Source of the DNA: a virus
Taxonomy: Duplodnaviria > Heunggongvirae > Uroviricota > Caudoviricetes
Length of the DNA stretch: 64,000 nt
Direction: 5' to 3' (one strand)
Virus record (IMG/VR): IMGVR_UViG_3300000553_000015
Positions within the stretch are counted from its first letter, which is position 1. Every line of letters begins with the position of its first letter. Positions 29,590 through 38,357 of this stretch are shown here, one piece after another. Position numbers and translations under genes: made by a program. The notes under the pieces were generated by a model. That model made no database searches and had not been told where the DNA came from. It saw nothing but the letters and a program-made list of their open reading frames with translations.

Positions 29590-30870
29590 TCATACATTTT
29601 GTACATGCGGGACTATAAGCTCCGCACCAGATAAATCTAATACCATTCTAGAAGTCCAATAGAACCCCTTGATATTAAATTTGTTCTGCCAAAAACCAAC
29701 AGGGAGCCGATATAAGTCGGCTTCATGATTTAGGGCGCCATTTATATCGGCATCATGGCATACGCCACATTGATTGCATATAAACTCCTTTCCCTTCCTA
29801 TTTGATTTTTGGGTCCATCCACAATCACTACATCTTTGACTTCTATAACTAGCCGATTGCTCGATTACTGGGACACCCAGTTCTTCACATCGCTTCATTA
29901 TCTGTGCATTGATTTGTGTATAAGTCCAATGACTTAAATTTCTTCCCATATTAGAACCTTTTCTCATTTGAAATAACTTTTCTAATCTGAGTTCTTTTAT
30001 ATTTGATAAATCCAATTGATTTATGGACCAATTGATATAATTTGTTCGGTGTTCCTGTACTCGTTTAAAGCCATTACTGCCTTTCTTTTTATATGATAAC
30101 TTATTGATTATACTATGTAAATCATGACCATGCATATCAGCACTAGTTGTTTGTCCATCACTTAATGATAAGCAAGTAACATATCCTTGGTCTGCACCAA
30201 TGATTTTACTACCAGTTGATTTCTCTCGTGTAGTTTCCCATCTGGAATATAAAGTGTTAGTAGAAATCTGCCAACTAGTAATCATTTTATAACCTTTCTT
30301 GGCTAATTGATTTGAATGCCTTGTTGTTTTAATTGGTATATAAATATGTCCATACCTTTTACCAAGTGATGATAATTTCAGCCATCCATCAAAGATACCA
30401 GTGGTATCTGGGATATATTTACAGCAATTACTATCCAAATTTGCTACTAAATTATTGCTATTTCGTGTTGGTTTTGATAATGGATTACTATCAATTTTTG
30501 ATTGTAATTTTGAAATAGATTTATCACCAGCACGCATTTGTTTAGCGAGAACAAATAATTGTTTTCTTCGTTTTTCTGTTCTACTTTTGATAATTGCCAG
30601 AGCTTCCCCTGACGCTAATTTAATTGCCCTTGCTGAAAGATCGGTAATTAAATCGATATCAGTGGTAGAAATAAAACTTGGAACATCTAATTTATTATTT
30701 TTGATATCTAAAGTTCTATTATTGCCCCAAATGATTTTATTATTCCATAAATAATCAACAAACCACCACAATACCCGATCATATTCGGTAATGAATTCTT
30801 TTAATATCAGTTGTTTACCAATATTAGCAAATTTGATATTATGTTGACTTGATTTAATTATTGTTTTCAT
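29590..30870 (-). CDS. tnpB: IS200/IS605-family TnpB (OrfB) RNA-guided nuclease homolog
   Basis: 426 aa; RuvC-I IGADQGY, C-terminal zinc finger CSDCGW…CNQCGVCHDADINGALN (RuvC-III); no tnpA nearby. Confidence 0.8.
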   Translation of the reverse strand: MKTIIKSSQHNIKFANIGKQLILKEFITEYDRVLWWFVDYLWNNKIIWGNNRTLDIKNNKLDVPSFISTTDIDLITDLSARAIKLASGEALAIIKSRTEKRRKQLFVLAKQMRAGDKSISKLQSKIDSNPLSKPTRNSNNLVANLDSNCCKYIPDTTGIFDGWLKLSSLGKRYGHIYIPIKTTRHSNQLAKKGYKMITSWQISTNTLYSRWETTREKSTGSKIIGADQGYVTCLSLSDGQTTSADMHGHDLHSIINKLSYKKKGSNGFKRVQEHRTNYINWSINQLDLSNIKELRLEKLFQMRKGSNMGRNLSHWTYTQINAQIMKRCEELGVPVIEQSASYRSQRCSDCGWTQKSNRKGKEFICNQCGVCHDADINGALNHEADLYRLPVGFWQNKFNIKGFYWTSRMVLDLSGAELIVPHVQNV

Positions 30871-30888
30871 TTAAATTATTTATAGAGA

Positions 30889-30917
30889 CTTGACAACCAT
30901 AACAAAATATACTATAA
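30889..30917 (+). promoter_or_regulatory. sigma70-consensus promoter TTGACA-N17-TATAAT
   Basis: ttgaca 30889-94, tataat 30912-17; AAGGAGA SD and ATG 30960 downstream. Confidence 0.6.
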
Positions 30918-30959
30918 TATCATTTTTACTATTTAATTAAAGAACACAAGGAGAATATT

Positions 30960-31208
30960 ATGTCATTACAAAGCAGGGAAGTAAAAACAAGTGGTAAAAC
31001 GGGTTATGATATCAGAACTGATATACTAGCAATGTCTAAAGATTTAGCAATAAGTGATTTTAATGCACGATTTAGAGAGTATGAACTATATTTGATGCTA
31101 GAACAACTAGATAGATTTACTATTCCACCAGACAGACCAGATTTTCCAACCATTGAAAAAGTTCTTGATATTGCAAATAGCATGAATGAATTTGTAGGTA
31201 AGAAATAA
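30960..31208 (+). CDS. hypothetical protein (82 aa)
   Basis: ORF with promoter, SD and terminator. Confidence 0.55.
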   Translation: MSLQSREVKTSGKTGYDIRTDILAMSKDLAISDFNARFREYELYLMLEQLDRFTIPPDRPDFPTIEKVLDIANSMNEFVGKK

Positions 31209-31210
31209 GT

Positions 31211-31236
31211 AAAAGGCCCTTAACGGGCCTTTTTTC
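31211..31236. terminator. bidirectional rho-independent terminator AAAGGCCC-ttaac-GGGCCTTTTTT
   Basis: Perfect GC stem plus T-run; A-run on the other side. Confidence 0.75.
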
Positions 31237-31642
31237 ATTCTATAGCCTCATATCCAAATAATTCTGGGTGTAATTTACCCCACTTTCTAAGGATTATAGC
31301 TGCAGTAGAATTTGCAGAATTTTCTTGTGGGCTACCATCTTTGCCACTATCCGCATTTAATTCACCATTTAGATCTTGTTTATAATGCGTAAGTTCATGT
31401 GCAATTGTACGAAGCACGTCTTGTATATGTCTATTAGACATCATAACATTAATACTTTTATCAGATGGACTATATCCACCAAATGATTTATGTTCAATAC
31501 TTATGTGTGAATTAGTGTTTAGAGAAATAGAAGGTAATTCAGCTAACTCTAAATGGTCTTGTGCAAACTGTATAAATTTTTTAATTATTAAATTTGCTTT
31601 ATCTTGCGCTAACCCTTCGTTAATTATTTCTCTTATTTTCAT
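31235..31642 (-). CDS. putative zinc metallopeptidase (HExxH)
   Basis: IAHELTHYKQD HExxH motif; 135 aa. Confidence 0.4.
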   Translation of the reverse strand: MKIREIINEGLAQDKANLIIKKFIQFAQDHLELAELPSISLNTNSHISIEHKSFGGYSPSDKSINVMMSNRHIQDVLRTIAHELTHYKQDLNGELNADSGKDGSPQENSANSTAAIILRKWGKLHPELFGYEAIE

Positions 31643-34326
31643 TATTTAGCCCCACCAGATATATTCATATAAACCCCAGACAGAGCACTAGAGGTACAAA
31701 TGAATTCAATTAATGCAAATGTAGTAGTACCTGGACCATAATTTGAAGTGAATGTAAGTGTTCCATTACTACTATTTGACGCAGATAATCCACTAATAGT
31801 AATTACTGGATTTCCTTTTAATGATGTAACTAATACACGAATATTTCTACCTGCTAGCGGATTAGAAATAGTAATAGTAAATGCAGCACCAGCGTTATCT
31901 AAAATAACAACACCATTTGCTGTTCCTAAGTCTAACGCATAAGCATTAGATACTATAGATACTGGTCCAGTTATTGTGTAATATTTATTTAATGTAAGAG
32001 ATGAACTACCATTATATGTTGTTCCTGAAGATAATTGTAATCCAAATCCTGTTGTTAAAGAATTTAAGTTATTACCTAAAGCAACTCCAGAAATTGTGCT
32101 ATGTGATAGCATAGAATTAGATACTGTGCCAGTATCGCCTGTACCTATTAATGTACCGGTAGTTGATGGTAAAGTAAATGTTGTTGTTGCAGCGATTGCT
32201 TGAGATTGTAATAATGAAGTTCCGCTAGTTGCACCAGCAAATGTTATACTAGACATACCACTTAATGTTGTACTTGAACTACCTAAACTAATCGCAGTAG
32301 TACCTATAGTTGTACTATTATGTGCTAACGCTGAGTTAGGTATTGCAGTAAATCCAGAACCTATACTACCACTAGTTAATGCTCCAACACTTGTTAAACT
32401 ACTATTTACTATGGTTGAATTTAAGGTAGTTCCTGTTAAGGTTCCTGCTGCAGCTGTTAATGTGTATGAAGACAACGATCCATCAAAACTAACTCCATTT
32501 ATGTTAGTTGTTGTTGCCAGTTTAGTCGCAGTTCCAGCGTTGCCACTAACACTACCAGATATGGTATTAGAAACAGATAAATTACCAGATATTGTAGTAG
32601 TGCCACTAGAATTTCCAATGTTCAATGTGGTAGCTGCACCAGCAAAATTAACAGTTGTTGCAGTTGTATTAACTATATAGCATGTTGCATTTGATATAGT
32701 TAATGTATTTCCAGATAATGTTAAATTTCCATTTGAATTTATTGCTAGTAATGCTGCTCTAGTTGTATTTGCACTTTTATAAAATGTAATTCCATCATTG
32801 TCTCCTACACTAATACGACCTATGCTATTTGCATAATCGATGATTACGCCATCGGTGAATGAGCCAGCAAATGTTCCTAGTGAAACTACTCCAGTAGATG
32901 ATGAGACATTTGATGCAGATAATGCAGAAAAAGCACCAGTGCCAGGAGTTGATGTTCCGATGTTAATATTATCAATTGCACCAACCAATCCAGAATTAAG
33001 AACAATAGTATCCAATCCAGTTATAATTCCCCCAGCAACAAATGTTGCGGTAGTGGCATTACTATAGCTTACTGATGTCGTTGTACATGCAGTAACTGTC
33101 ACCGAATTCGCATTGTATCCTGCTGGATTCATACTAGAAACAGTAATTTTTCCACCTACCAAGAATGGTGGGAATGGTTGTGTTGAAAAAGTTAATGTAG
33201 CAGTTCCTGCTGTTCCACTTGCACCAGATACGTTAATAACCAGAGGAACTGCATTTAAATGCCCATTGATAACGGTATAATTTACAACATTTAATTTAGA
33301 TGATACAATACCGCTGGTAGTATCCATTCTAGCAACTAATTTAGTATTATTTGTACTTGCAATTTGACCATTTGGTGTAGCATAGAATGTTAAATATCCA
33401 CCTTGATTAGTATTAGTTAAATTTTCACCAGCATTAATTTCCATTCTAGCTGGCCCAAATCCTGGCCAACCACCACTAGCATAGCCAACCCCAGCATATC
33501 TTACAAGTGGTTCATTTGCTAATACAGGCAATGGTGACACCGCTGTTCCATTATATCTTCTTCCAGCATATAATGCATATGAACCTTGGGCATCGTTATA
33601 TAAACGACTCGGTGTAGCTATTCCTCCTTGGGGTGGTATACCTGTTATATGTAGCATTACACCTGTATTAACTGGAATTTGATAGACACCATCTAATGAA
33701 CCAACTATTTCTAATGCACCAGTATTTTGGTCTGCAGATGGAACTAACATTTGTATTTGTCCATCTCCACTAATATGAAAAATCGGACTTACCGCTTCAG
33801 CACCTGCTACCGTATCGTCTGTTTTATAAACTGAAAAATTACCAACTATGTTAACAGTTCCAGTACCATTTGATACGATGTTCACATCTTCATTTAAATT
33901 AACAGTTGAAAAATTATTTCCTGATGCATAAAAATCACCAAAACTAAAACTTAGACCAGCGCTATCAATAAGTAACGTGCCATCGGATGCAATTTCGATA
34001 CCAGGACCTGCTTTAATGCCACCCAATTGTGAAGAAGTGGCAGGTTTAAGCTGAAATACATTGTTTATATCTAATTCAAACATTGATCCAACATTCAAAC
34101 TAAGTGTTGCATCGGCTGAAACAGTAAATCCACCACCTGGTTTTACACTTCCTGCTATTTGCTCGGACGCAAATCCAACAATAACTGTATTTCCACCTGG
34201 TGTAATGCCATCACTTAAGCGTAGTTCACCAGTATCTTCATTCCAAAATATAGTTCCACGTTCACCAATATATTCATTTGCTGAAATAGTTGGAATACGT
34301 CCTGCTCTAATTTTTCTTATTGACAT
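31642..34326 (-). CDS. tail fibre-like structural protein (894 aa)
   Basis: G/T/S/N-rich beta-rich repeats; motifs shared with the 1751-aa fibre (…TGDTGTVSNSMLSHSTISGVALGNNLNSLT…). Confidence 0.6.
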   Translation of the reverse strand: MSIRKIRAGRIPTISANEYIGERGTIFWNEDTGELRLSDGITPGGNTVIVGFASEQIAGSVKPGGGFTVSADATLSLNVGSMFELDINNVFQLKPATSSQLGGIKAGPGIEIASDGTLLIDSAGLSFSFGDFYASGNNFSTVNLNEDVNIVSNGTGTVNIVGNFSVYKTDDTVAGAEAVSPIFHISGDGQIQMLVPSADQNTGALEIVGSLDGVYQIPVNTGVMLHITGIPPQGGIATPSRLYNDAQGSYALYAGRRYNGTAVSPLPVLANEPLVRYAGVGYASGGWPGFGPARMEINAGENLTNTNQGGYLTFYATPNGQIASTNNTKLVARMDTTSGIVSSKLNVVNYTVINGHLNAVPLVINVSGASGTAGTATLTFSTQPFPPFLVGGKITVSSMNPAGYNANSVTVTACTTTSVSYSNATTATFVAGGIITGLDTIVLNSGLVGAIDNINIGTSTPGTGAFSALSASNVSSSTGVVSLGTFAGSFTDGVIIDYANSIGRISVGDNDGITFYKSANTTRAALLAINSNGNLTLSGNTLTISNATCYIVNTTATTVNFAGAATTLNIGNSSGTTTISGNLSVSNTISGSVSGNAGTATKLATTTNINGVSFDGSLSSYTLTAAAGTLTGTTLNSTIVNSSLTSVGALTSGSIGSGFTAIPNSALAHNSTTIGTTAISLGSSSTTLSGMSSITFAGATSGTSLLQSQAIAATTTFTLPSTTGTLIGTGDTGTVSNSMLSHSTISGVALGNNLNSLTTGFGLQLSSGTTYNGSSSLTLNKYYTITGPVSIVSNAYALDLGTANGVVILDNAGAAFTITISNPLAGRNIRVLVTSLKGNPVITISGLSASNSSNGTLTFTSNYGPGTTTFALIEFICTSSALSGVYMNISGGAK

Positions 34327-34330
34327 TATG

Positions 34331-34651
34331 TTATCCTACAATATCATTATCTTCACTTGCAAATTGAATTGCAATAGGTTTAACACCTGAAAGTTTTTTA
34401 ATATCATTTAATTCATCATCTTGATTAAATGCGTTATCCATTCCAGCAGATTTTTTAAGAATTTCAAGCTTTGTTTGTAATGGTGGGATAAAATTACCAA
34501 TATTGGCATCTTTATCACCACTTTCCGCACCGTCATCGACATCATGTTGAAAATCATCTGCTGATTTTTCTGTATTTTCCGGTGCTTCTAAACCACCATC
34601 TTTTTGATCTAGCATATCTGCTATGCTATGTAAAATATCACTCATTTTCAT
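34331..34651 (-). CDS. hypothetical acidic protein (106 aa)
   Basis: ORF. Confidence 0.4.
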   Translation of the reverse strand: MKMSDILHSIADMLDQKDGGLEAPENTEKSADDFQHDVDDGAESGDKDANIGNFIPPLQTKLEILKKSAGMDNAFNQDDELNDIKKLSGVKPIAIQFASEDNDIVG

Positions 34652-34661
34652 TTTTTAATTC

Positions 34662-34919
34662 CTATATCCAGGGACGGCCTTGAACTAACCCACCAACATT
34701 TGGGTTGTCTACTACATTGTTGCCACTATACTTTGTTGGTAAATTGTTTATTGCCAATGTATGTAATGGTCTGTAATAGTTTTTAGTATTGTCTAAACTA
34801 CCTGTAATAGTTCCATCAACTGCTACAGTTTTGCCTTGACGCTTTGCTTCAGCAATTGCAAGTTTTTGTTCTTGCTTAGCTTGTTTGGTAGATAATGTTG
34901 AAATTCCGTTGGCTGCCAT
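34662..34919 (-). CDS. hypothetical protein (85 aa)
   Basis: ORF. Confidence 0.4.
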   Translation of the reverse strand: MAANGISTLSTKQAKQEQKLAIAEAKRQGKTVAVDGTITGSLDNTKNYYRPLHTLAINNLPTKYSGNNVVDNPNVGGLVQGRPWI

Positions 34920-34951
34920 AAATTTTTCCTCTATTATCTATTTAGGTAAAT

Positions 34952-36160
34952 ATGGAAATGATTAATAAAACTCCTTTCAACAATTTAATACAAAATTTAA
35001 AAGATAATGGAAAGTATCGTGTTTTCAATGACATACTGCGAGAACAAGGTAAATTTCCTAATGCAATATGGTATGGCCCATATGCTATTAAGAACATTGT
35101 CAATTGGTGTTCAAATGATTATTTGGGCATGGGTCAGTCTAAAGTAGTATTAGATGCAATGAGAACAGCATTAGATATGACTGGTGCTGGGTCTGGTGGT
35201 ACTAGAAATATATCTGGTACTAGCCATTACCACGTTGCACTTGAACATGAATTGGCATCATTACATAAGAAAGAAAAAGCATTGTTATTTACTTCAGCAT
35301 ATGTGGCAAATGAGTCATCATTGATTTCATTATCTAAGATCATTAACAATATTGAATTTATTAGTGATAGCAAAAATCATAATAGTCTAATTGTTGGTAT
35401 GAGTTATAGTAGAGCACCAAAACAAATATTCAGACATAATGATTTAGAAGATTTAGAAAGTTGTTTAAAGAAAGCAGTTGAAAATGGGAATACTCCTTGT
35501 ATAGTGTTTGAAAGTGTATACAGTATGGATGGTGATATTAGCCATATTAAAGAAATTTGTGATTTAGCTGATATGTATAATGCCATAACATATCTTGATG
35601 AAGTCCACTCCATAGGCGTAATAGGTCCAACTGGTGCTGGATTATTAGAAGAACTTGGATTACAAGATCGAGTTGATATTGTTAATGGAACATTAGGTAA
35701 GGCATATGGAGTTCAGGGTGGATATATTGCTGCTGATGCCATCGTAGTAGATGCAATCAGAAGTATTGCGGCTGGGTTTATATTCTCAACATCACTAAGT
35801 CCAGTAATATGTGCTGGTGCATTGGCTGCTGTGAAATATTTAAAAGATCATAATGAAATAAGAGAGAAAATTAAAGAACGTGCGAATAAATTAAGATTTC
35901 TTATGAGAGAATACAATATACCAGTGATGGATGGAAAAACCCACATTGTTCCAGTAATAATTGGTGATGCAAAGAAAGCCAAAGAGATAAGTGATATTTT
36001 GTTAAATGATTATAACATTTACGTTCAAGCCATAAATTTTCCTACAGTTGAAGTTGGTACTGAACGATTGAGGTTCGCCCCTACTCCGAACCACACCGAT
36101 GGTATGATTTCCGATCTTGTTGAAACGTTGACTATCGTAATGAAAAGGTATTCGAGATAA
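34952..36160 (+). CDS. hemA: 5-aminolevulinate synthase (alpha-oxoamine synthase family, PLP-dependent)
   Basis: YRVFNDILR…VNWCSNDYLGMGQS, TGAGSGGTRNISGT, FESVYSMDGD, YLDEVHSIG, NGTLGKAYGV (PLP-Lys), GGYIAA, GFIFSTSLSPV, YVQAINFPTVEVGTERLRFAPTP: near-complete set of ALAS signature blocks. Confidence 0.85.
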   Translation: MEMINKTPFNNLIQNLKDNGKYRVFNDILREQGKFPNAIWYGPYAIKNIVNWCSNDYLGMGQSKVVLDAMRTALDMTGAGSGGTRNISGTSHYHVALEHELASLHKKEKALLFTSAYVANESSLISLSKIINNIEFISDSKNHNSLIVGMSYSRAPKQIFRHNDLEDLESCLKKAVENGNTPCIVFESVYSMDGDISHIKEICDLADMYNAITYLDEVHSIGVIGPTGAGLLEELGLQDRVDIVNGTLGKAYGVQGGYIAADAIVVDAIRSIAAGFIFSTSLSPVICAGALAAVKYLKDHNEIREKIKERANKLRFLMREYNIPVMDGKTHIVPVIIGDAKKAKEISDILLNDYNIYVQAINFPTVEVGTERLRFAPTPNHTDGMISDLVETLTIVMKRYSR

Positions 36161-36199
36161 ATAAAGATGTAGTTCACGGAATTGACGTTCCCAACTACT
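36158..36199 (+). promoter_or_regulatory. conserved homing-endonuclease leader: ATAAATAA late-type box plus two-tier stem-loop GTAGTT…GGAA-N6-TTCC…AACTAC
   Basis: Shared with leaders at 38291, 54692 and 50505; box overlaps ALAS stop codon. Confidence 0.5.
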
Positions 36200-36223
36200 C
36201 TAACGTCTATGGAGGACATCAGC

Positions 36224-36499
36224 ATGTGTATTTATACAGAAATACCACCAACATATCTTTATATTAAAAAACATTCAATAACAGGTCTTAAATATTTTGG
36301 TAAAACTACAGAATCTGATCCTTATAAGTATCTAGGGTCCGGCACATATTGGAAGAAACACTATAAAAAACATGGCAAAGAATTTATAGAAACTATATGG
36401 GTATCTGATCCGTTCACTGATAAAGAATTACTGATTGAAGACTTAATAAATGCGTTAACTGCAGTATTAAGCCATAGCTTTAGCGGCGATTGTAACTAA
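36224..36499 (+). CDS. truncated GIY-YIG homing endonuclease (nuclease domain only, 91 aa)
   Basis: MCIYTEIPPTYLYIKKHSITGLKYFGKTT…YWKKHYKKHG; lacks DNA-binding repeats; start set by conserved GGAG-N8-ATG as in paralogs (track's TTG start at 36182 rejected). Confidence 0.5.
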   Translation: MCIYTEIPPTYLYIKKHSITGLKYFGKTTESDPYKYLGSGTYWKKHYKKHGKEFIETIWVSDPFTDKELLIEDLINALTAVLSHSFSGDCN

Positions 36500-36739
36500 T
36501 TCTACCAATGCTGCTCTAAGTTGAGCATTATTAGCTGATTCTTCTAGTTTTTCTGTGCTAATTAGATCTGCTAAAATTTCTTTTCCTTCTTCAGCACTCA
36601 ATTGACCAGATGCAACTGCTTCTGAAACTTGGACGGCATAATTAGCTCTATCGATGGCCCATTGTTGACCACTATTAATTATATCACTTAATAAACTCAT
36701 TTTATTCTCCTTAAAATCTTTTTTGCACTGCGCGGGCAA
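36467..36739 (-). CDS. hypothetical protein (90 aa)
   Basis: ORF. Confidence 0.4.
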   Translation of the reverse strand: MPAQCKKDFKENKMSLLSDIINSGQQWAIDRANYAVQVSEAVASGQLSAEEGKEILADLISTEKLEESANNAQLRAALVELVTIAAKAMA

Positions 36740-37079
36740 TGATGTCGCTTTGTTGCTCTATAATTTTCTTTTTTAAAGAGCAATACATAGGACTAACCTT
36801 ACCACGGTCACTACGTTCTTTAAATTCTGCAACTGTCTTGTGTAGTTCTTCAAATAATGCTACTATATCATTTGAACCACGTGATACTGAATAGGTATTA
36901 AACCATTCAACTTGTTTATTTAAGTCATTGATTTGGCTTTTTACATTAGCACAATCAAAATACTTTGCTGACATTTCAATATCAATTATAGCTTTTGCTT
37001 CATTTCCATCCCATTTGCTTGGAATATACGCACAACCTACTAATGATATCACTGCTACTAACACTAACATTCTTTTCAT
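36711..37079 (-). CDS. lipoprotein (122 aa)
   Basis: Signal peptide plus lipobox MKRMLVLVAVISLVGC. Confidence 0.55.
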   Translation of the reverse strand: MKRMLVLVAVISLVGCAYIPSKWDGNEAKAIIDIEMSAKYFDCANVKSQINDLNKQVEWFNTYSVSRGSNDIVALFEELHKTVAEFKERSDRGKVSPMYCSLKKKIIEQQSDIIARAVQKRF

Positions 37080-37114
37080 TTTAATTCTCCTGGAATATCT
37101 AATATTTATCAGAG

Positions 37115-37828
37115 TTACTGACCCAACTCAAATTTCATTTGAGTTGCTTCTTCAACTGCAGCCATTGGTACTTCGTATTTTGGTAAATCTGCTACTGGTA
37201 ATGGCGCATTTGGCATTAAATATGCTTTAACTGTTCTACTATTCTTTTCAACTATGATCTTATATAATCGAGTTGGAATTCCTAATCCATTCCCAGTTAC
37301 AAAATGTCCTGGGTCATAAATTCCACCTGATATAATATAAAAATCAGTACCTGGTGTCATAGCCCATTGCCGTTCAATAGTTTCAAGTGATTTCCAAATT
37401 CCTCTATTATTATTGGCAACTTGTGGAACCATATTAGACAAATTAAAACTTTCACTCATAACAGCATCATTTTGTGTATTATTCTTAGCTGGGGACATAT
37501 GTCCTCGATCATACTTGTTACCAACAGTAGCATAATCAGCTAATGTTGCAGAACATTGTGGCGCAACAGATGGATCTGGATGGAAGTTGTCTTTCCTTTT
37601 AGCTGGACCTGTCATATCATCCATAGATAGATGTTCGAACACTGCTACTGGTGCTTTGACATCACATCTATGAATCACTGCATAGTTCAAATGACAAATT
37701 TCTTGGTCACCTGGATGTGGTTGATATAATGGTGTTCCATTTACAGTTAGTTGTGGACATTGGTCATTGATTACCCCAGCGTGTACTGGTGCAACTACCA
37801 TTAGTAATAGTAATAAAATATATTTCAT
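37115..37828 (-). CDS. secreted DNA/RNA non-specific endonuclease (Serratia NucA/Endonuclease_NS family)
   Basis: Signal peptide MKYILLLLLMVVAPVHA; catalytic DRGHMSP motif; ATAAATAT box upstream. Confidence 0.7.
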   Translation of the reverse strand: MKYILLLLLMVVAPVHAGVINDQCPQLTVNGTPLYQPHPGDQEICHLNYAVIHRCDVKAPVAVFEHLSMDDMTGPAKRKDNFHPDPSVAPQCSATLADYATVGNKYDRGHMSPAKNNTQNDAVMSESFNLSNMVPQVANNNRGIWKSLETIERQWAMTPGTDFYIISGGIYDPGHFVTGNGLGIPTRLYKIIVEKNSRTVKAYLMPNAPLPVADLPKYEVPMAAVEEATQMKFELGQ

Positions 37829-37863
37829 AAAAATCCTTTGAGGTTATTGAATATTTATGTTAT

Positions 37864-38274
37864 TTAAACAAACCACCCTATCTTTTTGTGTAATTCTATT
37901 CTATTATCATATTCTTTTATACTTCCTGGATATCGCCATCCCCATATCACGACTAGAAACATTGTAATGCCAGCATATAACACTGCTTTTTCATTATGTG
38001 TAGTAAACCACATTATTATTAGACTACTAGCCATCATTCCTACCATGAGGTATTTTGCTTTGATTGGAAATACCTTATAATGTGTCCAATTAGTAATAAA
38101 TGGACCAAATAATTTATGATTATAAATCCAATTATGCATATTAGGACTGCTTTTAGAAAAGCAATATGCAGCACCCACGATAAAAATGCTAAAGGGGACC
38201 CCTGGGGTGATTACTCCGATATATGCCAATCCTAGTAAGATAAATCCTGCTATTTTCCAAAGTATATTTTTCAT
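37864..38274 (-). CDS. YbaN/DUF454-family inner membrane protein
   Basis: ITPGVPFSIFIVGAAYCFSKSSPNMHNWIYNHKLFGPFITNW… DUF454 pattern, 3-4 TM. Confidence 0.55.
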   Translation of the reverse strand: MKNILWKIAGFILLGLAYIGVITPGVPFSIFIVGAAYCFSKSSPNMHNWIYNHKLFGPFITNWTHYKVFPIKAKYLMVGMMASSLIIMWFTTHNEKAVLYAGITMFLVVIWGWRYPGSIKEYDNRIELHKKIGWFV

Positions 38275-38290
38275 AATTTTAATAATTTTA

Positions 38291-38332
38291 ATAAATAAAG
38301 ATGTAGTTCACGATGCGTCAACATCTAACTAC
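38291..38332 (+). promoter_or_regulatory. conserved homing-endonuclease leader (ATAAATAA box plus stem-loop GTAGTT…GATG-N6-CATC…AACTAC)
   Basis: Inner stem shows compensatory change relative to the other copies. Confidence 0.5.
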
Positions 38333-38357
38333 TTTAATACTTTGAAGGAGTATCAAC

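Noticed and set aside
30333-30754. Plus-strand ORFs inside tnpB
   Set aside because: Antisense shadows of the TnpB coding region.
29521-30879. 9-bp direct repeat ttaaattat on both sides of tnpB, a possible target-site duplication
   Set aside because: IS200/IS605 elements do not make target duplications, and a 9-mer of this composition is expected by chance in a 64-kb AT-rich sequence.
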